A stretch of DNA of 64,000 bases from assembly GCA_000002445.1 (NCBI GenBank), contig CP000070.1, forward strand, positions 1,344,001 to 1,408,000, read 5' to 3'. The notes beneath the pieces were generated by a model, which saw only the letters and a list, made by a program, of their open reading frames with translations, made no database searches and was not told the DNA's origin. This DNA is from Trypanosoma brucei (taxonomy: Eukaryota). Positions 51,554-62,630 of the stretch are shown piece by piece. The translations under genes and the position numbers were made by a program. Within the stretch, counting starts at the first letter, position 1. Each line of letters opens with the position of its first letter.

Positions 51554-54500
51554 ATGCGACCGACATCGTACTTGGCACATGCAGCGCCGTCTACTACTTC
51601 CTCCTCTGCTGCTGCGGTTGCAACTGCGTTGGGCAAAACCAAAACACGACTTAGTCCCCAACAGTCGTCCTTCACTTCGCTGACGCCGTCACACCTAAGA
51701 CATGGTGGACCACAGGCAGCGGAGCAGCTCATGCGGTTGGGCAGAGTGTTTGTGCCAGTTACATATTTGCCCGGTTCGTCTGGTTATCAAACCGCTCAAA
51801 CCCCTGGAGTTTCGCCTACACTACGCCGCAGCCGAAGGTACGAGCCTTACGGTTCTCTGCTACAGATGTATATGGAGCGCGGTTTCACTGACCTGGATGC
51901 CCTATTGTTCCACCCGGAGGCACCTTCTCCGATGGAGCTGTTGTTAAGCGTCCTGCGACATCGCACGGCGTGCCTGCAACTCACACAGAAGGCACTTACA
52001 GCGACTATCAGTCGGCCACGTCACACATCTTCTGCGGGAGCGGCCTCATATACCCTACAAACAGTTTACCACATTCTGAAGAACCACTGTCCATATCTGT
52101 ATGACACCGCCAGTGTTAGGGTATTGCTCTGCCAGGCGTTACTGTGCGAAAGGTTATTTAGTGATGCGATTGAGTTGCTACAGGGGATGCCCGATTCGTG
52201 GATTACGCCTGGGTTGTGGCAGGTCGTGATGGAAGCTGCAGCTGATGGTAAAGTCCCGCATTCACCCCTTCTGTGGAAACTTCTAACGTTGTCACCTGCA
52301 AAAACCCCAGGTGAAGGTCGTGTTGTTAGGACCGGTCAGCGGGTACCTGAGCAACTTCGAAGGGGAATGTCAGCTCGTGCAGCCGAAGTGGTGTCGAGAT
52401 CATTTGTAAACAGAGGAGAGAGCATGGATGAGGCAGCAAAGGCACATGGGGTGCACCAAAACAGCGACACAGTAACCTTCTCATCTTTTGAGGTGCGTCC
52501 GTTGTCGATCGTACAAATAACGCGTGGGGGTAATCAACTGGAATGGTGCCATCTCAGTACCTCAGAAGTTGGTTACGCTGAACAACACTACCGAGCTCTT
52601 CGTAACCTTCGAGGATGGGGTCACGGCGTGCTACGACTGGGAAGGGGTGACCACCTGATGGAAGGCGTTGTTTATGGTCTTGATGCCTTTCTTGCCTCCC
52701 GGCTTATGTTGCGCGCTAATGTGTCTTTCTTTGGCCAAGCGTCCCCGTTGATAGCCCTGCATATTCTTAGGCGATACATACGTACCTGTCACGCCCTGCG
52801 GAAAACTCCCGCACGCTCATCAGTGGTGAAGGGGACGGGTAGTGACGGGACCAGTGAATTAGGCACAAACAGCGACTGGCTGAAGTATCATCAGCCCTCG
52901 TCTACTAGTGGATCTCCAGGTGTGAGCACGAGTGATACACAAGCGTCTGATATTGAGGACTTCATTCACCCTTCACCATTTTTACTGTTCTTCAAAGTCG
53001 TCCGTGAAACCCGTGATGTACTTCCCGGGGGCGGTGGGACCCTTGCATCAGCCGGGCATTCTGGGACCTCGGGTGGAGTACCTACAGCTGGGCTGCCGAT
53101 GATACATTGGGAACTGGTGTGGCGATACTTCCAAACTCTCAACCGTGAGTGCCCCAACTGGCATACCATCATCCCAGAGAAGGCTGGTGACTTGAGTCAG
53201 TATGTTATTGACGTCCTTTGTCGTGGAGCTGATCCGTGGATGACGCTTAATGTTGCGCGTGCCGTTTCTTCACGCCATATTGTTGACGGTTTGGACATGT
53301 CGCTGTGGCTTCTCCACCGACTTGATCCGTCGCACCACATGGAAGAAGCACGCGATGTAACGCGGAAGGTGTTCCGCTGGCTCTTGACTGATGTCGGCGT
53401 GCACTTGCTGCCGCAGTTGCACCACAATCTTATCCCCGCTGCGAGGGTGTTGGTGCGCTTAGGGTTACAGGATGAGCTACGGCAACTATATAATGGCGTG
53501 CTAGATAACGTTTATTTGTTTGCCGAGGATTTCCGCGCAGAGTTTCTACACGTGATGATGGATTTGGTTTGCCCTTCGTGCAGCTCTATTCTATCTGCGC
53601 AGGACGTCTATGCGGAGCGTGTCTGTTCCATCTGTCTTACGATCATACCTGCAAAAGATGCGGGGTCATTGCCTAGCTTTCAGCTTTCGAGCGAACATAT
53701 CTCCCGTTTACGAGAGAAGCGCAAGGTTGTGCGACTTAGTGAGCGAAAGAGGTTGCATGAGAGCATCTGCTGTTGGTCAAAGCGAGGCGAGAATAGTCGT
53801 GAAACAGCTGCAGGAGCAACCAACGTTGGGAAGCATGCGGCGTCACCGGTCTTTCCTCCACTGGATGCTAGCAGCGTGTTTAAAAAGGAAATACTCTCCG
53901 ACACGGCTCCTCTACTTCCCGGGGTACCCGTGGCGGCGCGAAATGTGTTACTTCTTCCAGGAGGAGGTGGGGCAGACGGCGCGGGCAGTTGTGTGTCAGA
54001 AGGAGGTGGTCCCTCTGCCTCGTTTGATGTTTATGCAGCCATGGAAGAGTCATCGCACCGTTTGCAGCTACAAGAGGCAGCCCGTCGTTACGCACTGGCT
54101 CAGCGCGGTGTTGTGTTACCTGCGCGCCATTCTGCTGCCTTTCCATCCCCCGTTCTATCAACATCTTCCGTGTCGACTTCATCGGCGCATTTTTCTCCAG
54201 AGAAACAACGGCAGGGTTTCATGATACCCTCAATGTGTGTCGACGGGCCCTGGACTTGTGTATGGTGCCACGAACAAAACACGGGGTGGGGTTCCCGCAC
54301 ACAATGCGGAGCCTGTGGTGCCGAAACAGGACCCAGCGCTCTGTGGCGGCATTTTGCATACGCAACATCGACAGGGGATATTATGGAAGAAGTACGCGCT
54401 CGTGTGGCTAACTCCGCGGAACGTCCTGTAGACGCAGTGGTGGCGGGTTACCTGTTGATGGTGTACCGTCGTACGTTTCTGCTGAGGGCTACACCGCACG

Positions 54501-57500
54501 ATGCGGAGCGAATAGAACAGCTGATTCAGCGGCTCTGCCAACTACATGAGAGAGTGCTGGCAGGTTACACTTACATGCGCTTCGTTCCTGCCCGTGCACG
54601 CAGCAAGGGAAGTACCCTGTTTGCGCTTGCGCATCTCTTTGGTTGTACCGATGCAGCCTATGCGGGATTGACCACACAACAATTAAGGCGCGATGAGGAC
54701 ACGTTCTTTCAAACCATATTCACACCCGCAACCTGCAAGGTTTGTTTTGGGCAGCATGCGTGGAAGGCTTGCCCGATTATAACGCGGGATTTCTCTACAA
54801 CGAAGCGCCAATCCATTACAATGTCTCCGAAAGAAAAGCAGGAAGCAGTGCTGCAGCAACTTAGGCAGGCAGTGGAGGCTGCGGTGCAACATGGGGCGGA
54901 GAGCAGCCGTCTCGTCGTCGGTGCATACACGGCTTTTGTGAAATCACCCTACCGCGAGCTTTTTTCGGAGACACACAGCCGGGACGTGAATCGCCTGTCC
55001 ATGCTGTTGAGTCGGTACCAACAGTTCCGTCGTGCAGCCTTCGTCCTCTGCCACATTCCGTTACACCTTCGCGACGATGGGGCGTATATGGCTATGGTTC
55101 CATATTTTAACGTTCCTGTGGAGGACGCGCGGGAGTTATTGAGGAAACGGAGTCCCTTGGGTGTTGCGGATGGGACACATCCCAACTTTGTTCAGGTTGC
55201 TGTAACGTGCTGCATGTGTCTTGACGAGCGTCATGCTTCGTTCGAATGCCCGAGACTACTGAAGTGGATTGGAGAAATTGAGGAGCTGAGTGCATCGCAA
55301 AAAAACGGATCGGCAACTTCAGGAGCCCTTGTCGATGTCGTGGCCGCACAGGAGCTGTCCAAGCGATTGCGGGCGCAAGTAGACGGGTGGACCTCTGCGG
55401 GTCCTGAGAGACTACATGCATTTTACCGTTTCCTCCTCCAACGTATAGACGACTTCCAGAAGGACCCGTACGACACATTGCAAACCGACGGTGACGAGCA
55501 TGGTCATCGCCAAGTTGACTCTTGTGTAGTGGGTTCACCACTGAACATGTTGCAACTGCGGAGGCTCGACATGGACGACCCTATTGTCTATGCCATTAAT
55601 AAAGCTATCAGTAAGCTCGCGCTTGCTAAACAGGAAAAGAGTGCTTATCGGTTATATGCGAGGTCTCCCGTGGTTTTCGTGTCCAGTGGGGTAACCTCCA
55701 CAATGCTTCGAATGGCTGGCTACTCTGAAAAAGGTATCCGTACACTAAGTCACAATCACGTGGACGGTAGTGGAAGCTCACAAACATCACTATCTTCATC
55801 TTTGTCTGCGTCAGATGAATCATCAACATTAGGTGTTTCTACCGAAGGTGCACGTTCGGCGGCTGTGCCGATGCGAAATTGTTGCCTTTTGTGCTTTGAC
55901 AGCGAGCACACGTACTTCGACTGCCCAGAATTAATTGCACAACCGACTACTGCAGCTAAACTTGAATATGTAGTTGTGCACGTCGGTGGCATCCGAAGCG
56001 TGTTGGATGGCGTTCGGGCTGCCGCAGCGTACGTTTATCATACATACAACCTGGGACAGCTCACGAGTGATTTGCTTCGTGCACACCCCTCGTTAGTTCG
56101 TTCGCTTCTTCGGCTTGTCCGACGTTGCTTTGCTTGTGGTCTTGTTGGCTCCGGCGTCCGCATCCTGCGGCGTCTCCCTGTGGAAATGGTTCCACCCATA
56201 TCGCCCTATACGGACCTTTGGCGTGCCGCCGGTTTGGGAGAGGAGGTTGTCATCAGTCGACGAGCGCAGTTGCAGGCCCTGTTTGCTGCAGAAGGCTTGG
56301 AGCCGCGCATTGAAACTCCACCCGCTCGCCAGACGTACTCCAACAGGTTTGTTTCCGCTTTGAGTCATGTGCTTCACGATGATCTCTGTCGGCACTGCTA
56401 CCAGCACGGTCACTCACTTGCCACCTGTAGCGTATTCCATGCAGAAGTGAGTTTCGGACGGGATTACGTAGCGGCTTATCGTATGAGTATGATGTCCGAG
56501 CAGCTAGACGACGACTGGCGCGACGCCTACCTTCTGAAACTTGTTGACTTTTTCCTCATGCATAAGGTTCTTATGCCGTACCATATTGTTGGGGTCACGA
56601 ATGCGCTGAACGCGATCGCGGCCATGTGGAGCTTCCGTGGTGAGCCTGGCATCGCGATACGGCATCTACTGAACATTCCACCCGCGTACCGCAGACGACA
56701 GGCGTTCGCGTACATATTACAAGCAGTGGGCGTACCAGTAGACGAAGCCAAGCGCGTTCTCGCTAATGTTTACTTTTCTCCAAGTGAGTTGTCATCCTCG
56801 AATAAACCAAGTGGTAGCTCAGCTTCTGCCTCTGCCTCTGCCTCTGCTGGTTCCGGTTCCGGTTCTGGTGCTGAAAGCGGCAGTGCCGTGGCACAACACC
56901 TTTTGATGCCTAAACCTGCCATTCGTGATGTGGCGATGACGGCTGTATTTAATCAGTTTCCCGACGCACTTGCTGCGTTGGAAGGGAGTGAAGGACGCAT
57001 GGAGGCAATACGCCGCCGAAACGCAACACAGAAGATAACGAAGGGTTCCAAGGCTGAAGGGGGGAATATGAAGACTACCTCGGTGGGAGGCGCAGCGCGT
57101 ATGGCAGAATCCTCGTTGGGGGAAGAACCATCAGTACCGAGTGTGTCTCTCTCACGCCGCCCGGTGCAAAGTGGCGATATCACGACAGTTCGTGAAAACT
57201 TTGACCCGGTCCTCACAGAATTGGAGCTAGCAGTGGGTATGAAACTTGGAAGTCGACACGTACTCTTTACAAGCGCAGTTGACATTCTCGCTGCTGTCGT
57301 TGCCCCGAAGGAAACTGAGGGTGGCAGCGGGAAGGTACAGCAGCCGGCGGTGACAACCACAGTCGTTGTCCCACCACAGGCAGCTTCCCCTCCACCTTCA
57401 GAAAATCCCGCGTCGAAGTTGTCGCCAGAATCCACGGTGGCCATCCCACGGAGCGATGCCTGTGGTCATCCTCACACACGGGAGGAACCTGAAATTGTTA

Positions 57501-57760
57501 CCGTCTTTAGTGGCGAAACGGCAGGGGGAGGTGGTTCAGGAAGGGGAAGCCACCAGCGCTGGGGTGTTGGATCTGATGGTCTTAAACCCTCCTCTTCACC
57601 GTCTAACAGCCCCGGAGGTGATCACGGAAAGTACAGCTCGAGTCAACACTTCCAAACGCAGCAACACTACACACAAAAGGGCCGTTATCACGAGAGGCAG
57701 CGGCGCCGTCAGCGAGAGCGGGATGTGGGTAACAACGGCAATCACGCCCGAAAACGGTGA
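51554..57760 (+). CDS. Giant hypothetical protein (~2068 aa) with four periodically spaced CCHC zinc knuckles and one RanBP2-type zinc finger; probable nucleic-acid-binding protein
   Basis: First ATG at 51554 (the ORF track start at 51494 is GTG). Knuckles: TCKVCFGQHAWKACP, CCMCLDERHASFECP, CCLLCFDSEHTYFDCP, CRHCYQHGHSLATC (C-x2-C-x3/4-H-x4-C), roughly 150-200 aa apart. RanBP2-like: WTCVWCHEQNTGWGSRTQCGACG. The helical N-terminal third is possibly repeat-like. There is an SASASASAGSGSGSG linker and a basic/His-rich C-terminus. Confidence 0.65.
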   Translation: MRPTSYLAHAAPSTTSSSAAAVATALGKTKTRLSPQQSSFTSLTPSHLRHGGPQAAEQLMRLGRVFVPVTYLPGSSGYQTAQTPGVSPTLRRSRRYEPYGSLLQMYMERGFTDLDALLFHPEAPSPMELLLSVLRHRTACLQLTQKALTATISRPRHTSSAGAASYTLQTVYHILKNHCPYLYDTASVRVLLCQALLCERLFSDAIELLQGMPDSWITPGLWQVVMEAAADGKVPHSPLLWKLLTLSPAKTPGEGRVVRTGQRVPEQLRRGMSARAAEVVSRSFVNRGESMDEAAKAHGVHQNSDTVTFSSFEVRPLSIVQITRGGNQLEWCHLSTSEVGYAEQHYRALRNLRGWGHGVLRLGRGDHLMEGVVYGLDAFLASRLMLRANVSFFGQASPLIALHILRRYIRTCHALRKTPARSSVVKGTGSDGTSELGTNSDWLKYHQPSSTSGSPGVSTSDTQASDIEDFIHPSPFLLFFKVVRETRDVLPGGGGTLASAGHSGTSGGVPTAGLPMIHWELVWRYFQTLNRECPNWHTIIPEKAGDLSQYVIDVLCRGADPWMTLNVARAVSSRHIVDGLDMSLWLLHRLDPSHHMEEARDVTRKVFRWLLTDVGVHLLPQLHHNLIPAARVLVRLGLQDELRQLYNGVLDNVYLFAEDFRAEFLHVMMDLVCPSCSSILSAQDVYAERVCSICLTIIPAKDAGSLPSFQLSSEHISRLREKRKVVRLSERKRLHESICCWSKRGENSRETAAGATNVGKHAASPVFPPLDASSVFKKEILSDTAPLLPGVPVAARNVLLLPGGGGADGAGSCVSEGGGPSASFDVYAAMEESSHRLQLQEAARRYALAQRGVVLPARHSAAFPSPVLSTSSVSTSSAHFSPEKQRQGFMIPSMCVDGPWTCVWCHEQNTGWGSRTQCGACGAETGPSALWRHFAYATSTGDIMEEVRARVANSAERPVDAVVAGYLLMVYRRTFLLRATPHDAERIEQLIQRLCQLHERVLAGYTYMRFVPARARSKGSTLFALAHLFGCTDAAYAGLTTQQLRRDEDTFFQTIFTPATCKVCFGQHAWKACPIITRDFSTTKRQSITMSPKEKQEAVLQQLRQAVEAAVQHGAESSRLVVGAYTAFVKSPYRELFSETHSRDVNRLSMLLSRYQQFRRAAFVLCHIPLHLRDDGAYMAMVPYFNVPVEDARELLRKRSPLGVADGTHPNFVQVAVTCCMCLDERHASFECPRLLKWIGEIEELSASQKNGSATSGALVDVVAAQELSKRLRAQVDGWTSAGPERLHAFYRFLLQRIDDFQKDPYDTLQTDGDEHGHRQVDSCVVGSPLNMLQLRRLDMDDPIVYAINKAISKLALAKQEKSAYRLYARSPVVFVSSGVTSTMLRMAGYSEKGIRTLSHNHVDGSGSSQTSLSSSLSASDESSTLGVSTEGARSAAVPMRNCCLLCFDSEHTYFDCPELIAQPTTAAKLEYVVVHVGGIRSVLDGVRAAAAYVYHTYNLGQLTSDLLRAHPSLVRSLLRLVRRCFACGLVGSGVRILRRLPVEMVPPISPYTDLWRAAGLGEEVVISRRAQLQALFAAEGLEPRIETPPARQTYSNRFVSALSHVLHDDLCRHCYQHGHSLATCSVFHAEVSFGRDYVAAYRMSMMSEQLDDDWRDAYLLKLVDFFLMHKVLMPYHIVGVTNALNAIAAMWSFRGEPGIAIRHLLNIPPAYRRRQAFAYILQAVGVPVDEAKRVLANVYFSPSELSSSNKPSGSSASASASASAGSGSGSGAESGSAVAQHLLMPKPAIRDVAMTAVFNQFPDALAALEGSEGRMEAIRRRNATQKITKGSKAEGGNMKTTSVGGAARMAESSLGEEPSVPSVSLSRRPVQSGDITTVRENFDPVLTELELAVGMKLGSRHVLFTSAVDILAAVVAPKETEGGSGKVQQPAVTTTVVVPPQAASPPPSENPASKLSPESTVAIPRSDACGHPHTREEPEIVTVFSGETAGGGGSGRGSHQRWGVGSDGLKPSSSPSNSPGGDHGKYSSSQHFQTQQHYTQKGRYHERQRRRQRERDVGNNGNHARKR

Positions 57761-58789
57761 GATTCTGTTGCATTGGTGTTGTACTCTGATAAATATATAC
57801 GTCCCTATTCTGTATGATTGTCAAGACACCTCCGATCTGCCGTGGTTTCCTGTGCAATCATATGTGCGGACGCGTACACTCGTACACACAAGAGGTTTAA
57901 GAATGTAACTTTATATTTTCCGACATTCTTTATCGTCACCTTTATAATTTGCATTTGAGTTTCGAAAATGTTGCACCTGTGGATCGGGGCATGCGTTGTT
58001 TTTGTTTGTGTTTATTTCCTTTTCATCGCTCGCGTGTGTGCCGTTGCAAGGCGAATGGGCAAGCGTGAGGATGCGAAATGCTGGTGGAGATGTAGTGGAC
58101 ATCCTGGAAGTGTTGTTTTAGTTATTTCCTTGTTTCGCTCACTTACAACTTCTTCTGCCCCTTTTTGTACCGCGCTTTGCTGCTTTCATCGATTTGATGA
58201 GCGCCGTTGCCACCTTTTCGCTTTTTTCCCCTCTGGGAAAGGTGGGGAGATTTTTGTAGCAGGACCACGTGACTGCGGGGCGGTCATGAGTGTATTTTCG
58301 TGGGGATTGCGCTCTATTCTAAAATGCATTAGCACGACTGGTCAAGTCTGTAACAAACTATTTTTTATTCCTATTTTTTATTTTCTCTTCTTTCTTTTGT
58401 TCATCTGTATCGTCGTTGCAACTTTCTTTCCCTTTCAACACTCCTTTGAAAAAAGAAAAAGCGCACTGTCTGTTGTATATCACTTTGCTTCTCGCGACTG
58501 TTACTTGCAGGTTCGCATTAACTGGTGTGAAGGTAGTTTAGCCCTTGGTGTTATTTTGGGTAAAGAAAGGTGATCAAGGAAGTGAAAAACGAAAACGAAA
58601 GGGGAAAACGTGAGAGTGGGTGGGGAGGAATCGTCGCAACAAACTGTCACCAAAATACAGATTCACCAAAAGTTTCGATTATTGTACGTAAATTGAAGCA
58701 AATTAGCCCACTCACTTTCCTCCCCTCCTTCCTTCGTGAGTGTGGTGAATTTGAAGGTGTGTGCCGAGGGGGGAAAAAAGGAGAGTGCT

Positions 58790-61030
58790 ATGTCTCACAG
58801 CCAGAACAGCACCTCTCAAGGCAGCACTCTTCCTGGTGATTCCCTTTGTGGTGAAGAGGGTTTTGCTCATTATGGCCATGACGACGGTGCAACGGTCCCG
58901 CTAGGAGCGGGCGGTGGCTGCAGCGTTAGTGATTCATCTTCAGCGCACCCTCCGCATCGGGGTATTTATCTCAAACCGAATGTTTTCATGATTAACGGCA
59001 CTGCGGGGCATCTAATGGATTTGTATTACTTGTCCAACTCAAACGCCACCCACGGGTTTGGTGACTCGACATGCGTAAGGACGGCATCCCCACCGTTTTG
59101 GTGGGGTTATAAGCCTCCAAACTCTCCGACAGTTTTGGTGTCCTTCAAGTACTCCATCTGGACAGCCGTAGAAAAACAAATCTACGATATCGTAGCCTCC
59201 GAAGAATTCACAGATGCTGAAGTTGTCGCTAATGTTGAAGCTTTAGGTTGCTCCCATGGGGAGAAGTGTTGGCTCCAGAAAGCCGCTGGGGCTTTAGCAA
59301 CGAACCTTCGGGAGAATCGCCTTTTGGCTGGTCAGTTCGCTGCCGAGTTCCTTTCTCCCGATGTGTATTTGGGCAGGGGTGACATTACATGTTTCCTTAA
59401 TGGCGGTGGTGAGTGGGAAGGGCGCAACATTCCGGTGCTGCAACCGGGTATGGAAACGGCGTTGCGTGCAATGCGGCCGGGCGATGAGTTTGGTTTTATT
59501 ATTCGTGGACGCCGGTTGGGGTTTCAAGGAGGCTCATACCCCTCTATGTATAGCACTGGTGGGGCCGGCACTTACAACTATAATCGGTGCACGTCCTTTC
59601 CGCAGTGTTACTTCATTCACATTAGCCTTAACAAAGCCGTCCCGCGAGAAACGACGAGTATGCTCCCTCTCCAGCGGTATGTTTTAGATGTTCCATTTTG
59701 CACGGATAATGTTGGAAGAGCCTGCTGCACAGCGCCACAATTAGAAGGTTGCAGTGGTACCGTGTTTTCTGCAGGCCTTGAGAGTGGGACATTTTCACAT
59801 TTCTACAGTTTTTTTCACGGGTCACTTAGTTTTTTGGGTCCCCGCGGTATTGTTTCCAAAGAGGGCGGCCAAGGCGTTAGCCGAAAATGGGATTCGGCAG
59901 AATATCAAGCTGCGCGCCGAGCCTTTTGCATGGCAATGACGACGGCGTTGGAGGGTTGTCTGGAGGGCCGTTTAGTGGGTGGGATGTGCGGTGGTGGTGT
60001 GGAGGAGCGACCAACTCATGAGGATGCGTTGTCATTTCTTCATGAGTGCTTCTTCACCAAACCACGTGGCGATGCAACAGTGTCTTTCAGTGTCGCGCGT
60101 ATAGGACCGTTAGCAGATCGGGAGTTATCCTCAGAACGGTTGGACAACGTGAAGCTTGGGACTTTGGTCACTCCGCTTTGGTTAGACATGTCGCTGCAAA
60201 GTATGGCGGCGGGTGAGCGCGACTTAATCAACTCATGGTTTGAATCAGACAACGATCCACTGTTTCACCTCTATTTTGTGGGTTGCCACCGTGCGGCCAT
60301 GGTCGTGCAATTTTGGGAGTCTGAAAGGGAACGGCGATCGGGTTGTATAGAGGCTCTTGCGGAGGACCAGTTGCAGCAAAGCTCAGTAGGTGCTAACAAT
60401 GCTCCACCAAAGCCAATTCTTGATGGGAATGTCACAACGAAACATGATCTCAGCTGCCGCATTACCCTTCATAGTTTCACCAACAGGTATACCGTAGATG
60501 ATTTCTTTTTTGTGAACCCCCTCTCGTCCCTGCAGACGGTGAGGGGCTTACTTGACGAAATCTCCGGGTTGTGCCCACTAGTCAAATCCTGCGAGGGGCT
60601 AGAATCTCTGGCACACGCGGTAGATAGTGAGATCAGTAGTTGTAGCAGCGACAGCAGTGAAAGGCAGGTTGAAGGGGCTGTGCCACTAGAATTCAACCAA
60701 CCGACTCCAACACAATCGGCACCGAAGGTTATAAATATCCATCCAGCGCCGTTTGGTAGCGTCCCTCCCAATCGTGATGCCTTTCGTAGTGTTGTTAAGG
60801 CTATACACAAAGTATGTTTTACAATACTGCTGCTGACATTTTATGTCGATGTGGATAATATGCTTGCGAAGGGTGTTGCACCATCGCTGCTGAAGGAACG
60901 TGAAAATGTGCTCCCCGACTGTTTTAAACTTCTAGGTTGCTTGTATGCAAAGTTGAAGAGGAAGTTCAACATCCACTTCTGTGAGGATGCCTTCTGTGCG
61001 GCTTCCTTGCTGGTGCAGAATGATGACTGA
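58790..61030 (+). CDS. Hypothetical protein (~746 aa), no recognised domain
   Basis: First ATG at 58790 inside ORF 58736..61030 (GTG). 2.2-kb uninterrupted ORF on the transcribed strand. Unrecognised. Confidence 0.55.
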   Translation: MSHSQNSTSQGSTLPGDSLCGEEGFAHYGHDDGATVPLGAGGGCSVSDSSSAHPPHRGIYLKPNVFMINGTAGHLMDLYYLSNSNATHGFGDSTCVRTASPPFWWGYKPPNSPTVLVSFKYSIWTAVEKQIYDIVASEEFTDAEVVANVEALGCSHGEKCWLQKAAGALATNLRENRLLAGQFAAEFLSPDVYLGRGDITCFLNGGGEWEGRNIPVLQPGMETALRAMRPGDEFGFIIRGRRLGFQGGSYPSMYSTGGAGTYNYNRCTSFPQCYFIHISLNKAVPRETTSMLPLQRYVLDVPFCTDNVGRACCTAPQLEGCSGTVFSAGLESGTFSHFYSFFHGSLSFLGPRGIVSKEGGQGVSRKWDSAEYQAARRAFCMAMTTALEGCLEGRLVGGMCGGGVEERPTHEDALSFLHECFFTKPRGDATVSFSVARIGPLADRELSSERLDNVKLGTLVTPLWLDMSLQSMAAGERDLINSWFESDNDPLFHLYFVGCHRAAMVVQFWESERERRSGCIEALAEDQLQQSSVGANNAPPKPILDGNVTTKHDLSCRITLHSFTNRYTVDDFFFVNPLSSLQTVRGLLDEISGLCPLVKSCEGLESLAHAVDSEISSCSSDSSERQVEGAVPLEFNQPTPTQSAPKVINIHPAPFGSVPPNRDAFRSVVKAIHKVCFTILLLTFYVDVDNMLAKGVAPSLLKERENVLPDCFKLLGCLYAKLKRKFNIHFCEDAFCAASLLVQNDD

Positions 61031-62630
61031 GAAGGACGGTTTTACTGCGGGAATCCTTGTGATTGCACACTAAATGATTGACTGTTGCCACAACCCGGAA
61101 ACTGATGTGTGAGTGGCGAGTGTTAGGGATGACTACACCAATCTGGAAGTGGTTCTTTTCCCTTTCTTTGGTTTTGTATTTGTGAGTGTGCTCGATTGCT
61201 GAGGCTTGGGTTAGGAGGAGGATTGTCCTTTGCCAGCTGAATTCTTCATTTTCTCCATTTATTTAGGTCTTCCTTATCCTCCCTTTAAAAAAGGAACATA
61301 ATTTATGTATCTCTTAACGCTTTTTCAGCGGCGGAATGGATGAAGTGCGGAGAATTCCGTGAATTTCTTTGGTTCCTTACCCCCACCCCTAATTCCTCGG
61401 AAACGGTGGTGCTGGGGTGCGTTTTTTCTCCCAATTCAAGTGCCTGTCATGGATGAGACGTGCTGTGTGAAAGTGCAAAACCAACGTAGATTGTGCATGC
61501 GTTTGTCTGCTCGTATAAATGCAAAGCAATTAGCTCGAAAGAGGAAGCTTATCTCTTTGTTGGCTTCGTTTAATAGCATGGCTCTTTGTGATGCAAACTA
61601 GTCTTGGTGAAAGGCTGTTTTTTCAAGGGCTTCTGGTAGCTGATAGAAAAAAGGACTTTTTTGCTCCCATTTGCTTCGCACTACAAATGCGTCAGGACCT
61701 CCCCAAGAAGTTACGGCCTGCGTGGGTGTACGCCTTGGGCTTACGCGCATGGTGCCAGTGCTCGAGTGGAGCGGGTGATTTTAACAGGGGAAGGGACAAG
61801 GAGGGAGTGATGACACACACGCACATGATTATGACATTGGCAAGACAACTATTTTCTTTTTCTTTTTGCCTTTATTTATTACTGCGTCGCGACACCTCTC
61901 TCTTTTCCCCGTGCCCCCCTTCCCTTCCAGGGTGATCTTTCCCTGATATTTCGCTATCGCATACGATTGAGTTGTGCTTCATATCTTTTTGTTTGTTATA
62001 ATGTCTACATTTGTGAGTGGTCATTGCCATTGTTTGTTCACTGTTCAGTTCATTTCCCCCCTTTTCTTCCGCGAGCTATTTATTCCTTTATCATTTTCAG
62101 TTCTTTTTGTTGTTATTGCGAGCTCCCCTCCCCACACTTTCTTTTTTTATTATCTGTTTCCGGAGCCCTGTGCTGCGCTGTACGTGCCAGTCCCATACGG
62201 GGTGGCGTCACCATGAAAGAGGCTCGTTGGATGGATTGCTTGCGCCGCGTCGGCGTTTACGCGCAGTTACGGTGAACGAAAAAGAGTGATACGAATAATG
62301 AAAAGGAATGAAGGAAGAACCACCAGGAGTGCAGTTTGTACAAGTGTTGAATTCGGGCCTTTTTTCTTTCCTTATCCTTTCCCTCTTTGGCACACATGAT
62401 AGGGGACCTACTGTACATAAATCTGTGTATATGTGTGCGCGTGAGAACTGCCAAGATGCAAAAAGATGGGTTTCGCAACCTTTTGCCATGTGCCACACAT
62501 GCTCTTCTCATCAAACCCCTTTTTCATTGCTTAAGGGAGTGTTGTGTGAACAATATACAGACAGCTGTAGATTGATTACATTTTTAATACGGCTGAGCAG
62601 CGGCAGGAGACGTAATATACAAACTCCACC

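Noticed and set aside
57968-58573. ATG-initiated 201-aa + strand ORF in the intergenic region between the giant zinc-knuckle gene and the 58790 gene
   Set aside because: The composition is dominated by F/L/C/V, reflecting a T-rich UTR. There is no recognisable motif. The position is typical for a 3'UTR/polyY region, so it is most likely a chance ORF.
61804-61940. Second box C-like GTGATGA motif with a distant CTGA (possible snoRNA)
   Set aside because: The spacing (~130 nt) is too long, with no supporting structure. It is weaker than the 44627 candidate.
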